A stretch of DNA of 20,000 nt from an uncultured virus (IMG/VR IMGVR_UViG_3300032397_000009) (taxonomy: Duplodnaviria > Heunggongvirae > Uroviricota > Caudoviricetes): the IMG/VR virus record IMGVR_UViG_3300032397_000009; one strand, 5' to 3'. Each line of letters begins with the position of its first letter. Position 1 is the stretch's first letter. This document shows, piece by piece, positions 1-8,114 of this stretch. The notes below the pieces were generated by a model. The model was not told where the DNA came from. It did not search any database and was given only the letters and a program-made list of their open reading frames with translations. The position numbers were made by a program, and so were the translations under genes.

Positions 1-1
1 T

Positions 2-490
2 ATTCTCGCGCCTGACCCAGCCCTCGTTCTCCTTGGCGACCATTCCCTGGGCCCGGCGCAGGATCGACGCGAGAAATCCTCTGGATATCGGTGCCGCCTC
101 CGTCATCGTCGCCGCACGCGCGACGCGCAGCCCACCCTTCTCCTTCGCAACCATGAGCCCCCAGGCCGGAGGGAGCTCGAGGTCGACGTCCCGCACGAGA
201 TCGGGTGGAGCGACCACCCACCACTCGTCGCAGTACTTCGCCACGGTTTCGGCCTTCATCGGGTCGGCGGCCTCTTTCTTCAGATCCTGACGAGAAACCT
301 TGACCTCGAACCCTCGCAGCGTCAGCCCCCTCGACGGCCAGAGAGACATCGCGACAGCGTCGGCGTAGCGCCGCACGTTGCTGCCGGTGGAGTTCGCCAC
401 CTCGAAGAAGCAGGCCCACTCCGGTGGCGCGTGGACGGCGGCGATGCGCTTACAAAGATCGCCTGCGGTGATGCGGTCGTTTCGGTTCAT
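2..490 (-). CDS. MmcB-like PD-(D/E)XK nuclease (partial, runs off window start; not in ORF track)
   Basis: Manual translation from ATG at 490 (TGATG overlap with the upstream gene): MNRNDRITAGDLCKRIAAVHAPPEWACFFEVANSTGSNVRRYADAVAMSLWPSRGLTLRGFEVKVSRQDLKKE...YCDEWWVVAP...ELPPAWGLM. The FEV, AD, EVKVSRxD and ELPxxWGL motifs are typical of MmcB-related nucleases. Confidence 0.8.
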   Translation of the reverse strand, partial: MNRNDRITAGDLCKRIAAVHAPPEWACFFEVANSTGSNVRRYADAVAMSLWPSRGLTLRGFEVKVSRQDLKKEAADPMKAETVAKYCDEWWVVAPPDLVRDVDLELPPAWGLMVAKEKGGLRVARAATMTEAAPISRGFLASILRRAQGMVAKENEGWVRREN

Positions 491-1110
491 CAGATCCTCC
501 GCTCTGCGACCTCGAACCCGTACGCCCAGACCCACTCATTCTTGATGACGTGTCGATTCTTCTTCGGATAGACACTGAGCCACAACTGGAAGAACGCATC
601 GCTGGCGCGCGCCGGCGGTGTCGGTGGTGGCATCTCGCGCCTTCCCTGCCACCACCAGAGGGCGCCCTCCCGCTCCGCGTCTGCATCCGTGATCTCGCCG
701 AGCCGCTCGGCCTTCACCTCTGTGATCCGCAGAACGAACGGCGCCAGAGCGGCCGGCATGATGCGGGAGGTCTTCCAGGCGTATTTGAACGGCTTCAGTT
801 CTTCCTCTTTCACCCTGATGGTGTTTGCGAATCGATAATGCAATTCGGTCTTGTCACCGTTTTGAATGTACGCGCACGTCGCCGCCACGAACTCGCCGAC
901 CTTGAAGCGAGGACGGAGCACGGAGATGTTTCCATCCCACCGGATAGACGGGGCCGGGAGTCCATTCGGATCCTCGGTGTAAAACTTCCAGAACATGCGG
1001 CCCTTAGCATCCGGCGTCGCCCGCTTCTCCGGCCTGCGAGTCATGGACTTCTGCGACGGATTCGCCGCGATCGCCCTCATCATGTCGTCGCTGAACGCCA
1101 GGCGCTTCAT
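490..1110 (-). CDS. ASCH/PUA-like phage protein (206 aa)
   Basis: Start MKRLAFSDDMMRAI at 1110 (ATGA overlap). Motifs KSMTRR, WKTSRIMP, LRITEVKAERLGEITDADAEREG and C-terminal WVWAYGF match the phage ASCH-like family pattern. Confidence 0.8.
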   Translation of the reverse strand: MKRLAFSDDMMRAIAANPSQKSMTRRPEKRATPDAKGRMFWKFYTEDPNGLPAPSIRWDGNISVLRPRFKVGEFVAATCAYIQNGDKTELHYRFANTIRVKEEELKPFKYAWKTSRIMPAALAPFVLRITEVKAERLGEITDADAEREGALWWWQGRREMPPPTPPARASDAFFQLWLSVYPKKNRHVIKNEWVWAYGFEVAERRI

Positions 1111-1355
1111 GGGTTCACCTCCTCGATGTCGTGACCGGGACAACCCTCGGCGTCGGTCCAGCCCTCGCAAGGCTGTCCGATCGGGAGGTACTTCACGCCC
1201 TTGGACAGCAGACCGGCGAGAGCGCTCCTCATCTCGTGAATGGTCTTGGGCTTCCTGCCCTCGACCCTGAGCGCGCCCATCGCCCGGCGCAGGAACCTCG
1301 TATCGGCAGCGAGGAGGCCAGCCACGTCGACCTGGAAGTGCATCTGGTTCCTCAC
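1107..1355 (-). CDS. Hypothetical protein with C-terminal C-x7-CPGH motif (82 aa)
   Basis: Coupled at both ends (GTGA, ATGA); CEGWTDAEGCPGH. Confidence 0.7.
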   Translation of the reverse strand: MRNQMHFQVDVAGLLAADTRFLRRAMGALRVEGRKPKTIHEMRSALAGLLSKGVKYLPIGQPCEGWTDAEGCPGHDIEEVNP

Positions 1356-1906
1356 TCCACGCCCCCGTCGACATCGAGATCGGTTTCCGAGGAGCCCGCC
1401 CGCACACCGTCAGCGCGCGGCTCCTCGTCCGAGGCCGGGTGCTCGTCAGGCGCCGGTCGCTCGGTTCGGCAGTTCTGCTCGTACCTCGCGGTCATGCTCT
1501 TGATCGTCCCGGCGATGATCGCGGTGGCGACCCCGAAGCCCAGGGTCAACGAGCCGAACGTGATCTCCATCGCCTCCTTCTTCTCCTTCTCCATGTCCTT
1601 CGGGATCACCGTGGTCAGCCCGCTGCCGCCGGTCAGCACGCCGAGGCCCAGGTTGAGTTTCGCGAGCAGATCCCGCTTGTCGAGGAGCTCCTGACAGCGC
1701 GCGTCGTTCCAGTAGAGGTCGACGAACGGATTCTCAGCCATGGACGCCATGACCTTGGGGCCGCCGGCGAAGTGCTCCTCGGCCGCGGTGTACTCCTCGA
1801 CCGTGATCTGGTCGTAGACCGCAGCGGGCTCGGCCACGCGGGCGACAGGCCCCCCACAGCCAAGAATGGTGAGAGTTGCCAGGAATGTGATGAGAGTAGG
1901 TTTCAT
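1352..1906 (-). CDS. Putative lipoprotein with two Gly-rich hydrophobic segments (184 aa)
   Basis: MKPTLITFLATLTILG|C lipobox-like signal; hydrophobic stretches LNLGLGVLTGGSGLTTVIP and ITFGSLTLGFGVATAIIAGTI; acidic tail. Confidence 0.75.
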   Translation of the reverse strand: MKPTLITFLATLTILGCGGPVARVAEPAAVYDQITVEEYTAAEEHFAGGPKVMASMAENPFVDLYWNDARCQELLDKRDLLAKLNLGLGVLTGGSGLTTVIPKDMEKEKKEAMEITFGSLTLGFGVATAIIAGTIKSMTARYEQNCRTERPAPDEHPASDEEPRADGVRAGSSETDLDVDGGVE

Positions 1907-1908
1907 CT

Positions 1909-2334
1909 TTACGCGCTCCTCTTGGCGATCCTATCGCCCCTTGTGGCCTCGAGCTCGCCCGGCTCGAGGCGTCTGAACACCCGGTACTCCCGGTTCAACG
2001 GCCGATACCACGCCACGTCACCGAGGATCGGCTCGTAGTGGAGGGCGAGCACGCGACCGTCGTACTCCGACCCCAGCAGACGCAACGCCTCGTTGTACTG
2101 GGCGTTGCGGGAGTTGTACTGGTTCTCGAGCAGGCTCGTTTTCCGGTGCTCAGACTGCGTGAACGCCCGGAGCGCCTCGCGGCCCATCTGCCCGCACCGC
2201 AGCCACTCGTTCTCGTAGCGGTTGACGGCGTTGACGTACGCCTCCTCGACGTGCGCCCGACGGGCCGAGTACTCTCGTACCCTGCGGAGATATTCGCGAC
2301 CATCGTCGGTGCTGATGCAGAATCCTGGTGTCAT
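1909..2334 (-). CDS. Hypothetical protein (141 aa)
   Basis: Start MTPGF at 2334 by ATGA overlap, with GGAG upstream. Confidence 0.65.
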   Translation of the reverse strand: MTPGFCISTDDGREYLRRVREYSARRAHVEEAYVNAVNRYENEWLRCGQMGREALRAFTQSEHRKTSLLENQYNSRNAQYNEALRLLGSEYDGRVLALHYEPILGDVAWYRPLNREYRVFRRLEPGELEATRGDRIAKRSA

Positions 2335-2633
2335 CGGATCTCCTCGTACAAGTACGACCAGTCGAGAGAGGTGGCGACATCGAACGCGGTACTCGGCGGT
2401 GGGATGGTGGATTCGAGGTGTTCCATCTCTCCGTTTATCCACGCCTGGGCGGCGCAGTAGTCTTTCCTCGCCGCGTCCCGCTCTGCCAGCAGCTCCGAGA
2501 CGTGGGAGAGGAGGGCGAGGCGGGCGGCGTTGACACGCTCGATATTGAGCGGCCTAGCCATCCCGGTCCTCATCGCATTGCAGACGGCTACCTCGAATTC
2601 ATCCAGCAGCTCCTCGAACTTCTTGTCGCTCAT
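2331..2633 (-). CDS. Hypothetical helical phage protein (100 aa)
   Basis: Start MSDKKFEELLDEFE at 2633 (ATGA overlap); contains LLAERDAARK. Confidence 0.7.
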   Translation of the reverse strand: MSDKKFEELLDEFEVAVCNAMRTGMARPLNIERVNAARLALLSHVSELLAERDAARKDYCAAQAWINGEMEHLESTIPPPSTAFDVATSLDWSYLYEEIR

Positions 2634-2887
2634 CTTCCCCCTCCATCGCTGTCGGGCGGGGTGTTCCACGCTACGACGCCGCGCTTTCGCGAATCCTCCC
2701 CATTCGACACGTCGCTCATTGGATACCCGTCGTTGACGTGTCTTCCCTCTGCATCACGGCGCAATCCGTGCACATAGCACCGATGCTTCCCTTTGTGCCC
2801 GCGCCATCCATCGCAACGGAATTCGACGAGCGCATCCGGCCCGATGGACGCATTGACCAAGAGTAAGTCTCCGCAAAGTTTCCTCAT
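2630..2887 (-). CDS. Small Cys/His putative zinc-binding protein (85 aa)
   Basis: C...RCDGWRGHKGKH (C-x4-GHxGxH) motif; coupled at both ends. Confidence 0.7.
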   Translation of the reverse strand: MRKLCGDLLLVNASIGPDALVEFRCDGWRGHKGKHRCYVHGLRRDAEGRHVNDGYPMSDVSNGEDSRKRGVVAWNTPPDSDGGGR

Positions 2888-3384
2888 GGCGTCCCCTTCT
2901 CTCCCGGCGTCGGTATGCGGACGGGCCAGTATTCGCGCGGCCGTCCCTCGAATTCAAATGGGTAGCCCGCGTCGTCATCTTCCAGTTCGAGGACGTGAAC
3001 TTCCGTGCTGCCGACGAATCGCCAGAACCACAGCCCCGGCTCCGTCGGCGGCTCCCCCATCCACTCCACCGCCGGTCCCGGCACGGCGTCGGATGCGGCG
3101 AGGATGCGACACCGCTCGACAACGTACTCGACGCACCCCTCGGGGCGCATCATGTGGACGTCGTGCATCAAATGCCAAACCGGGTCGGGCGGTCCTATCT
3201 GCCGTCGCCATCGAGAAACAATGTATTCCAGTGCCTCCCGCGCCGCCCTCTCCTCCTCCGTCACCTGCCCGTGGCCGGGGGCGGCTGCCGTACATGATGC
3301 ACCGTTTAGTTTTCCGTCGAGGCAGATGTGATTCGGCACCGATTTCTCGAACGGAAAACGCGCATTGCAAATCGAACACCTCAT
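2884..3384 (-). CDS. Modular hypothetical protein: N-terminal CxxC/HxC finger, C-terminal WxxEPPTEPGxWFW module (166 aa)
   Basis: MRCSICNARF...NHIC and EWMGEPPTEPGLWFWRF; ATGA coupling. Confidence 0.7.
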   Translation of the reverse strand: MRCSICNARFPFEKSVPNHICLDGKLNGASCTAAAPGHGQVTEEERAAREALEYIVSRWRRQIGPPDPVWHLMHDVHMMRPEGCVEYVVERCRILAASDAVPGPAVEWMGEPPTEPGLWFWRFVGSTEVHVLELEDDDAGYPFEFEGRPREYWPVRIPTPGEKGTP

Positions 3385-3692
3385 GCTCCCTCCTCTTTCT
3401 GTCCCTCTCCCGTTGCAAGCCCCGTGCCGGGGCGGGGCGGGAGGCGGCGATCTCTGCGTCCGAGGAAATGGACGAGCACGTATTCAATCCACGACACCGT
3501 CTCGTTCGTGACGGTGTGCTCTTGCAACTTCTCCGCGAACCGCCGCGCGCCCTCCTCCACGCCCGCAGCGTGGCCGTCCACCCATCCGGCTGCGTACCCC
3601 ACGTTCCATCCACGAGCCTCGCCAACGGTGGACAGCCGCTCGGGTCGCAGGGCTTCTATCTCTTCGTGCGTCGGGGTCTTCACATCACACAT
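3381..3692 (-). CDS. Hypothetical protein with GxxxG repeat helix (103 aa)
   Basis: Probable start MCDVK at 3692; GWNVGYAAGWVDGHAAGVEEG repeat. Confidence 0.6.
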   Translation of the reverse strand: MCDVKTPTHEEIEALRPERLSTVGEARGWNVGYAAGWVDGHAAGVEEGARRFAEKLQEHTVTNETVSWIEYVLVHFLGRRDRRLPPRPGTGLATGEGQKEEGA

Positions 3693-4839
3693 CGGTCGGC
3701 TCCTTTCGAGCGAGGTAGCTGGCGGCTGCCTCCGCGATTTCTTTCTGCGTTTCCGTGTCGAACTCGGTTCGGCACACCTCCGCGAACTCTCGAACCGCTT
3801 CGTCGCGCGCGGCGGCGAGCGCGGCAATAGCCTTTTCATATCGCCTAATCAGTTCATGTAAGCACCCCTCAATACCTACGGCCTCCAATAACGTAACTCC
3901 CTCCTCTGAGAGAAAGGGCTCATCTATAAGTACCTTTTTGAGAAGTATTTCACAGCGCCCAAACATTGAATGTTCGGGGACATCGACAAACGTTGACCCG
4001 GTATTTGATTCGCGCAGACGCCTAACTTCCTCCTTTAATTCATGCACTTCCTTGTCCCAGGGTCCAGCAAGTTTCATATACAATTCTAATCGCTGTTGTG
4101 CTTCATCCCGATCTCCCTCCGCCTTCACCGCATCGGCTCGCGCGGCGGCGAGGGCGGATGGAATGTAGTCGAAGAACGAGCGACCCACCGGAGTGAATTT
4201 CTCGCAGTGCTTCTGGGCGATCTCACACGCCTTCACCCACTGCTTATTCAGTCCCTCGTACCGTTCGACTATGCGTTCAACGTGCGCCACAATGGCCGTC
4301 GAATCGATTCCCCTGTCGCACGGATCTCCATCTTCGTCGCGCTCGACCACAGAGGTGATCCGTCCGTCGTCGGTCGTGTAAATGGCGAGTTTGATCGGAC
4401 CGGACGCCGCATTGGCCTCCTTCCATGCCTCCTCGATCTCAATGTCGCGATCCTTGATGATCGCCTGTGACTCGTCGAACCCCTCCCGCAGCCTATCCCG
4501 CTCGGCCTCCGCAGCACGCAGCGAGGCCAGTGCGGCGGCTCCGTTCGCGCGTGATTCGTGTAGCATCCGTGCCGCGAACTCCGGCACGCACGTCCCGCCA
4601 TCGTCCGGGTAGCCGAACTCGGTCAGCAGCACGGCGAGGAGCGGTTCGTTGCGCGCTTTCATCCTTTCCGCCCGCTCCTCGGCTGCGGCAAGGCGGGAGG
4701 TGAGAGAGGCGATTTCTGTGGCGTCTGCCTCGGCGGTTCGCTGGAGTTGCAATTCCAGATTGGCGTTCTTAGATTCGAGGTCGTTCACGATTCGCCGCAG
4801 TGTCATCGGGTTGTCGCTCCCTGCGAAATTCTGTCCCAT
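3685..4839 (-). CDS. Mosaic coiled-coil protein (384 aa)
   Basis: Start MGQNF at 4839 after GAGGAG; alternating coiled-coil and globular stretches; internal low-GC segment. Confidence 0.75.
   Translation of the reverse strand: MGQNFAGSDNPMTLRRIVNDLESKNANLELQLQRTAEADATEIASLTSRLAAAEERAERMKARNEPLLAVLLTEFGYPDDGGTCVPEFAARMLHESRANGAAALASLRAAEAERDRLREGFDESQAIIKDRDIEIEEAWKEANAASGPIKLAIYTTDDGRITSVVERDEDGDPCDRGIDSTAIVAHVERIVERYEGLNKQWVKACEIAQKHCEKFTPVGRSFFDYIPSALAAARADAVKAEGDRDEAQQRLELYMKLAGPWDKEVHELKEEVRRLRESNTGSTFVDVPEHSMFGRCEILLKKVLIDEPFLSEEGVTLLEAVGIEGCLHELIRRYEKAIAALAAARDEAVREFAEVCRTEFDTETQKEIAEAAASYLARKEPTDV
3806..3824. repeat. 19-bp direct repeat, copy 1
   Basis: cgcgcggcggcgagcgcgg; 18/19 identical to 4139-4157. 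Confidence 0.75.
4139..4157. repeat. 19-bp direct repeat, copy 2
   Basis: cgcgcggcggcgagggcgg; 18/19 identical to 3806-3824. Confidence 0.75.
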
Positions 4840-4843
4840 CTCC

Positions 4844-5242
4844 TCACTCCTCTCCCCGACTCGCCGCGAGGGCGGGCACACCAAGGTGCAGTGCGTCCAC
4901 GCGCTCTCTGTAGTTGTTCGACCGGATCCGCTCGAGTTCGCGCTCCCGACACTCGAGGCGGTGCCTGGTCTTGTCGTGCGCTGCCGTTTCGTCGAGGAAG
5001 CGGCGCTCCAGGCGGGTGACCTCGTCTTGAAGGTCGCGCATTTTCCATTCGAAATCGACCTGCTCGTAGTGATACGAGTCGAGCATCTCGGCCATCCCGG
5101 TGATGAGTTCGAATAGACACGCCGCGCAGAAGTATTTGCGCCCTCCACATACCGGCTCGACAATGATGTACTCGCCCGCGTGCTTCTCACAGACCGTTCC
5201 TGCAAAGACACGACAGGAGTCCCAGGGTTGCGGCGTATCCAT
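4844..5242 (-). CDS. Cys-rich N-terminus plus coiled-coil protein (132 aa)
   Basis: CEKH...CAAC followed by a heptad-rich C-terminus; GGAGGAG upstream. Confidence 0.7.
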   Translation of the reverse strand: MDTPQPWDSCRVFAGTVCEKHAGEYIIVEPVCGGRKYFCAACLFELITGMAEMLDSYHYEQVDFEWKMRDLQDEVTRLERRFLDETAAHDKTRHRLECRERELERIRSNNYRERVDALHLGVPALAASRGEE

Positions 5243-5560
5243 CTACTCCTCCGCGTCCGCTGCGGCCAGGATCTCTTTGTAGAGGTACTGCCAGCCGTGC
5301 TCGTCGGCGACTCCCTTGGGAGATGCACGCCTGTCGTCCTTGTTCTTCCATTCGACATGTCGAGAGTGCGCCTCCATGAGGCATAGTCCCCAGCGTGCCT
5401 CATCCCGGTCGCGGCGCAGAGCGGGGACACAGGTTTCTCCTGCGCGAATGGTCACACAAACCATCCCGCTGACAGCACAATTTAAGATGCACAAGCAGTC
5501 GTTAGAGCACACGGGCTCCCCATCGACGTAGACCGGGTTGATGTCTTTGGTGTCAGTCAT
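5243..5560 (-). CDS. Cys-rich hypothetical protein (105 aa)
   Basis: Start MTDTK at 5560 after GGAG; GEPVCSNDC...C...CVPALRRDRDEAR. Confidence 0.7.
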   Translation of the reverse strand: MTDTKDINPVYVDGEPVCSNDCLCILNCAVSGMVCVTIRAGETCVPALRRDRDEARWGLCLMEAHSRHVEWKNKDDRRASPKGVADEHGWQYLYKEILAAADAEE

Positions 5561-5717
5561 CTTTGCTCTCCGTATATCCAAACAGGTAGTCGAAAGGTTC
5601 CTCGATCACCGGAGCCAAATCCCTCTCGGCCCGCAGATCTTCTACCTCACGCGACAGCCGAGCCGTCGTACTGTTCGGGTGGTACTTCCGCATGTGCTGC
5701 TCGAAGTCAGTCTTCAT
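5553..5717 (-). CDS. Small hypothetical protein (54 aa; below ORF-track cutoff)
   Basis: Manual translation MKTDFEQHMRKYHPNSTTARLSREVEDLRAERDLAPVIEEPFDYLFGYTESKDD; fills the gap and overlaps both neighbours. Confidence 0.65.
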   Translation of the reverse strand: MKTDFEQHMRKYHPNSTTARLSREVEDLRAERDLAPVIEEPFDYLFGYTESKDD

Positions 5718-6036
5718 CGTCATACCCCTTGATGCGAACGTGCTGGAACCTCGGGTCGCCCGCGCCGCGCAGCATTAGGATCATGCGGTCGTTGGACACG
5801 TCCTCGGGAGCCAGCGCGTTCAGCCGGTTCTCCCACCAGTCATGCACGGCTTCCTGCTGGGAGTCGCCACTACCACAGATCTCCATATCTCCCGCAGGCT
5901 CCATCCGCTCCGCGACCCATTCATTCGGGGAGATCTCTTTCAGCCTCCCGTGGTAGTCCTGCTCGAACTCCCTCACGCTCGGCGTGCGCTTCCAGTCTTC
6001 TTCCCAGAGGCGCAAGTCTTTGTAGGAGGCGGTCAC
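5707..6036 (-). CDS. Hypothetical protein with weak HicB-like motif (109 aa)
   Basis: GTG start at 6036 (GTGA overlap); WVAE...GSGDSQQEAV resembles the GxTxEEA motif. Confidence 0.6.
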   Translation of the reverse strand: MTASYKDLRLWEEDWKRTPSVREFEQDYHGRLKEISPNEWVAERMEPAGDMEICGSGDSQQEAVHDWWENRLNALAPEDVSNDRMILMLRGAGDPRFQHVRIKGYDDED

Positions 6037-6194
6037 CTCAGTGCTCCTTCGATCCAGGCAGCCAGGTCGCGGACATGCTGCTCGAGCACCACCCTCCACA
6101 CAAGATTTCGGAACCTCCTCTTGCACTCTTTCAGGATTCGCCGATTCCACTTTATGGTGTTGGCGATGTCCCGTGGAATGCGAGTGTATTTCAC
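6033..6194 (-). CDS. Small basic hypothetical protein (53 aa)
   Basis: GTG start at 6194 (GTGA overlap): VKYTRIPRDIANTIKWNRRILKECKRRF... Confidence 0.6.
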   Translation of the reverse strand: MKYTRIPRDIANTIKWNRRILKECKRRFRNLVWRVVLEQHVRDLAAWIEGALR

Positions 6195-6478
6195 TTCGGG
6201 TTCTCCTTCGCGGGTTGATCTGGCGTCTTGCCGTGTCCCCAGAACTGCTGCCGGTACGCCCGCAGCCGGGTCGACAGGCAGTTCATTTGGCGGATGATTT
6301 CCGAAACCTCCAGGTCCAGACACTCCTGACAGATCTCCAGTGGCCTTTTCTCGAGGATGGAGATCGCGACGGCCTCCATGGCGTCCCAGGTCGTCTCCTT
6401 GAACGGCCTCTGTAGCCCGCACCGCGTCCTGAGCTCCGCACCCTCCTCACACGACTGGCCTACTTCTCGCAGGTGCAT
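6191..6478 (-). CDS. Putative zinc-binding protein (95 aa)
   Basis: AAGGAG upstream; H...TRCG...CQEC. Confidence 0.65.
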   Translation of the reverse strand: MHLREVGQSCEEGAELRTRCGLQRPFKETTWDAMEAVAISILEKRPLEICQECLDLEVSEIIRQMNCLSTRLRAYRQQFWGHGKTPDQPAKENPK

Positions 6479-6511
6479 CAATTTTTGTTCTCCTTCGTGT
6501 CGGGCTTGCTG

Positions 6512-6799
6512 TCAGTCATCGTCCTCGTCCTCCTCGTCGTCCTCGTCCTCATCCTCTGGCTCCGGAACCGACCACGTCTCGGCGTTGCGAAGCGCCCATA
6601 TCACCTTGCGTGGCACGTCGGTGATCTCGATCCTGGTGTGCCGCAGCACGTTGTCGCGCACTCCGCTGAAGTCGAACCCGATGAACGCGGGATCGTGGAC
6701 GAAGTACACGCCTTCGCCCAACTCGATGCGCCGCCCGGTGTCCAGGTCGACGAGGCCGAAGCGCAGCGTGTACTTATCGTCCTCTCGGGAGTCGATCAT
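6512..6799 (-). CDS. Hypothetical protein with highly acidic C-terminal tail (95 aa)
   Basis: Start MIDSRE at 6799 (ATGA overlap); ends EPEDEDEDDEEDEDDD. Confidence 0.7.
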   Translation of the reverse strand: MIDSREDDKYTLRFGLVDLDTGRRIELGEGVYFVHDPAFIGFDFSGVRDNVLRHTRIEITDVPRKVIWALRNAETWSVPEPEDEDEDDEEDEDDD

Positions 6800-7092
6800 C
6801 TGGTCCTTCCCTGCAACGGATGGTTGTTCGCGTACCGCGTCTCCTGTTCTTTTTTCTTCGCGAACGGACGAAGCCACTCGAGGTACGTCGGGCAGCTCTT
6901 GGACAGGATGTAGTTGTACGCGGCGAGACAGGCGTGGTGATAGTCGACGCCGTCGAACTCGTACACGTCGAGGTACATGCAGTCGTTTCTCATGGTCGTC
7001 AGGCCATGGGCCGAGGCGCTGTAGAAGCCGACGTCCGTCACCTTCAGCGTCCTGGTGTCCAGCGTTGCAACGACGTAGCAGGTTTCCGACAT
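6796..7092 (-). CDS. Hypothetical protein (98 aa)
   Basis: Tightly packed ORF with GC-rich third codon positions. Confidence 0.7.
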   Translation of the reverse strand: MSETCYVVATLDTRTLKVTDVGFYSASAHGLTTMRNDCMYLDVYEFDGVDYHHACLAAYNYILSKSCPTYLEWLRPFAKKKEQETRYANNHPLQGRTR

Positions 7093-7094
7093 GA

Positions 7095-7418
7095 CTAACC
7101 CCTGTCCTTGGGAACGATCTCCAGGTTGACGACGTCGAGCATCTCACCCCAGGAGAGACGCGTCTGCGCCATGATGGCGGCCTCGATCTCCCTGACCCGC
7201 GCCTCCGCTTTTCTCTGCTTCCCCTGGGCGGCGAGCAGATCGTCGCGCATCCGGGTCAATTCGCGCACCGCGTTCGTCTCGGCGCGTTCACGGAGGCTCG
7301 ACATGTTCTCGAACTCAGCCAGGAGCCCGACGATGATCGACGGATCCTCGACCACGGCTTGGCATTGATCCTCGTACGACAGGTTTCTAAGGCGTTGACA
7401 AATTGATTTCCAGTCCAT
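7095..7418 (-). CDS. Coiled-coil hypothetical protein (107 aa)
   Basis: AAGGAG upstream; heptad-rich central part. Confidence 0.7.
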   Translation of the reverse strand: MDWKSICQRLRNLSYEDQCQAVVEDPSIIVGLLAEFENMSSLRERAETNAVRELTRMRDDLLAAQGKQRKAEARVREIEAAIMAQTRLSWGEMLDVVNLEIVPKDRG

Positions 7419-7421
7419 CGA

Positions 7422-7652
7422 TTACTCCTTGATGTCCTCGGGCCTTGTCTGTGCCACTGCGAGCCCTACCGCCTCGGTGATCCCGAGAATCTTCGGCATG
7501 CCCCACTCGGCGTACTTCGAGGTGTCGCCGTCGTTCTCGACGCGCACGATGATCTCCGCACGCGAGGTGCGCGCGTAGGCCCGCAGACGCCGCTCGCCCT
7601 CGAGCCCTTCCACGATGACCACCTTCTCGAGTTGCCATTTGATTTTCGCCAT
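7422..7652 (-). CDS. Hypothetical protein (76 aa)
   Basis: AAGGAG upstream; tightly packed. Confidence 0.7.
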   Translation of the reverse strand: MAKIKWQLEKVVIVEGLEGERRLRAYARTSRAEIIVRVENDGDTSKYAEWGMPKILGITEAVGLAVAQTRPEDIKE

Positions 7653-7655
7653 TTT

Positions 7656-8114
7656 TCACTCCTTCGGCCACAGCCGGTAGTACTCGGCGGTGTAGAGATC
7701 GTTGAGCTTGGCGAGGAGCGCGTCGGCCGCCTCGTTGAACGGCTCGACCTGTCTGTCTATGTGCGCCTCCAAAGCCTTCCACCAGATCGATCCGTTGTTG
7801 TTGCAGCCTTTTCCCGAGCGACCGATCGGGCAGATGTCGCAGCCGTCGATGGGATCCTTGTCCTTGTTCCGCTTGTTCCGCTTCTCCGCGACCTCGGACC
7901 AGTACATGCAGAGGCCGCAGGAGTCGTCGTACAAGTCTTCGCGGTCGCCGTGGAAGAGTCCGCAGCGATTGTCGACGCTCCACTTGGCACACGAGAGGCC
8001 GAGGGCCATGAGCGGACGGAGCCTGCGCCCGACGCTATCGAGGGCCTCGAAGATGCGACCGCTATGGACGGCGTGGAGCAGCATGTCCCAGGTCCAGATC
8101 TTGATCGGTTTCAT
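7656..8114 (-). CDS. Cys-rich metal-binding protein (152 aa)
   Basis: KW...CGLC...CDICP...C pattern; GGAGG upstream; ATGA coupling. Confidence 0.75.
   Translation of the reverse strand: MKPIKIWTWDMLLHAVHSGRIFEALDSVGRRLRPLMALGLSCAKWSVDNRCGLFHGDREDLYDDSCGLCMYWSEVAEKRNKRNKDKDPIDGCDICPIGRSGKGCNNNGSIWWKALEAHIDRQVEPFNEAADALLAKLNDLYTAEYYRLWPKE

Noticed and set aside
4840..5430. Long N-terminal extension of the 581-aa ORF, and similar extensions of 490-1407, 8326-9111, 10032-11147 and 12011-12991
   Set aside because: The extensions overlap better genes in other frames; internal starts have SD sequences or stop-start coupling.
6512..6555. Short tandem gtcctc repeats (also 7857-7885 and 11480-11508)
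   Set aside because: Simply encode low-complexity peptides; not CRISPR or VNTR arrays.
7395..7425. Plus-strand TTGACA as an antisense promoter
   Set aside because: Lies in coding sequence and has no convincing -10 box at 16-18 bp.
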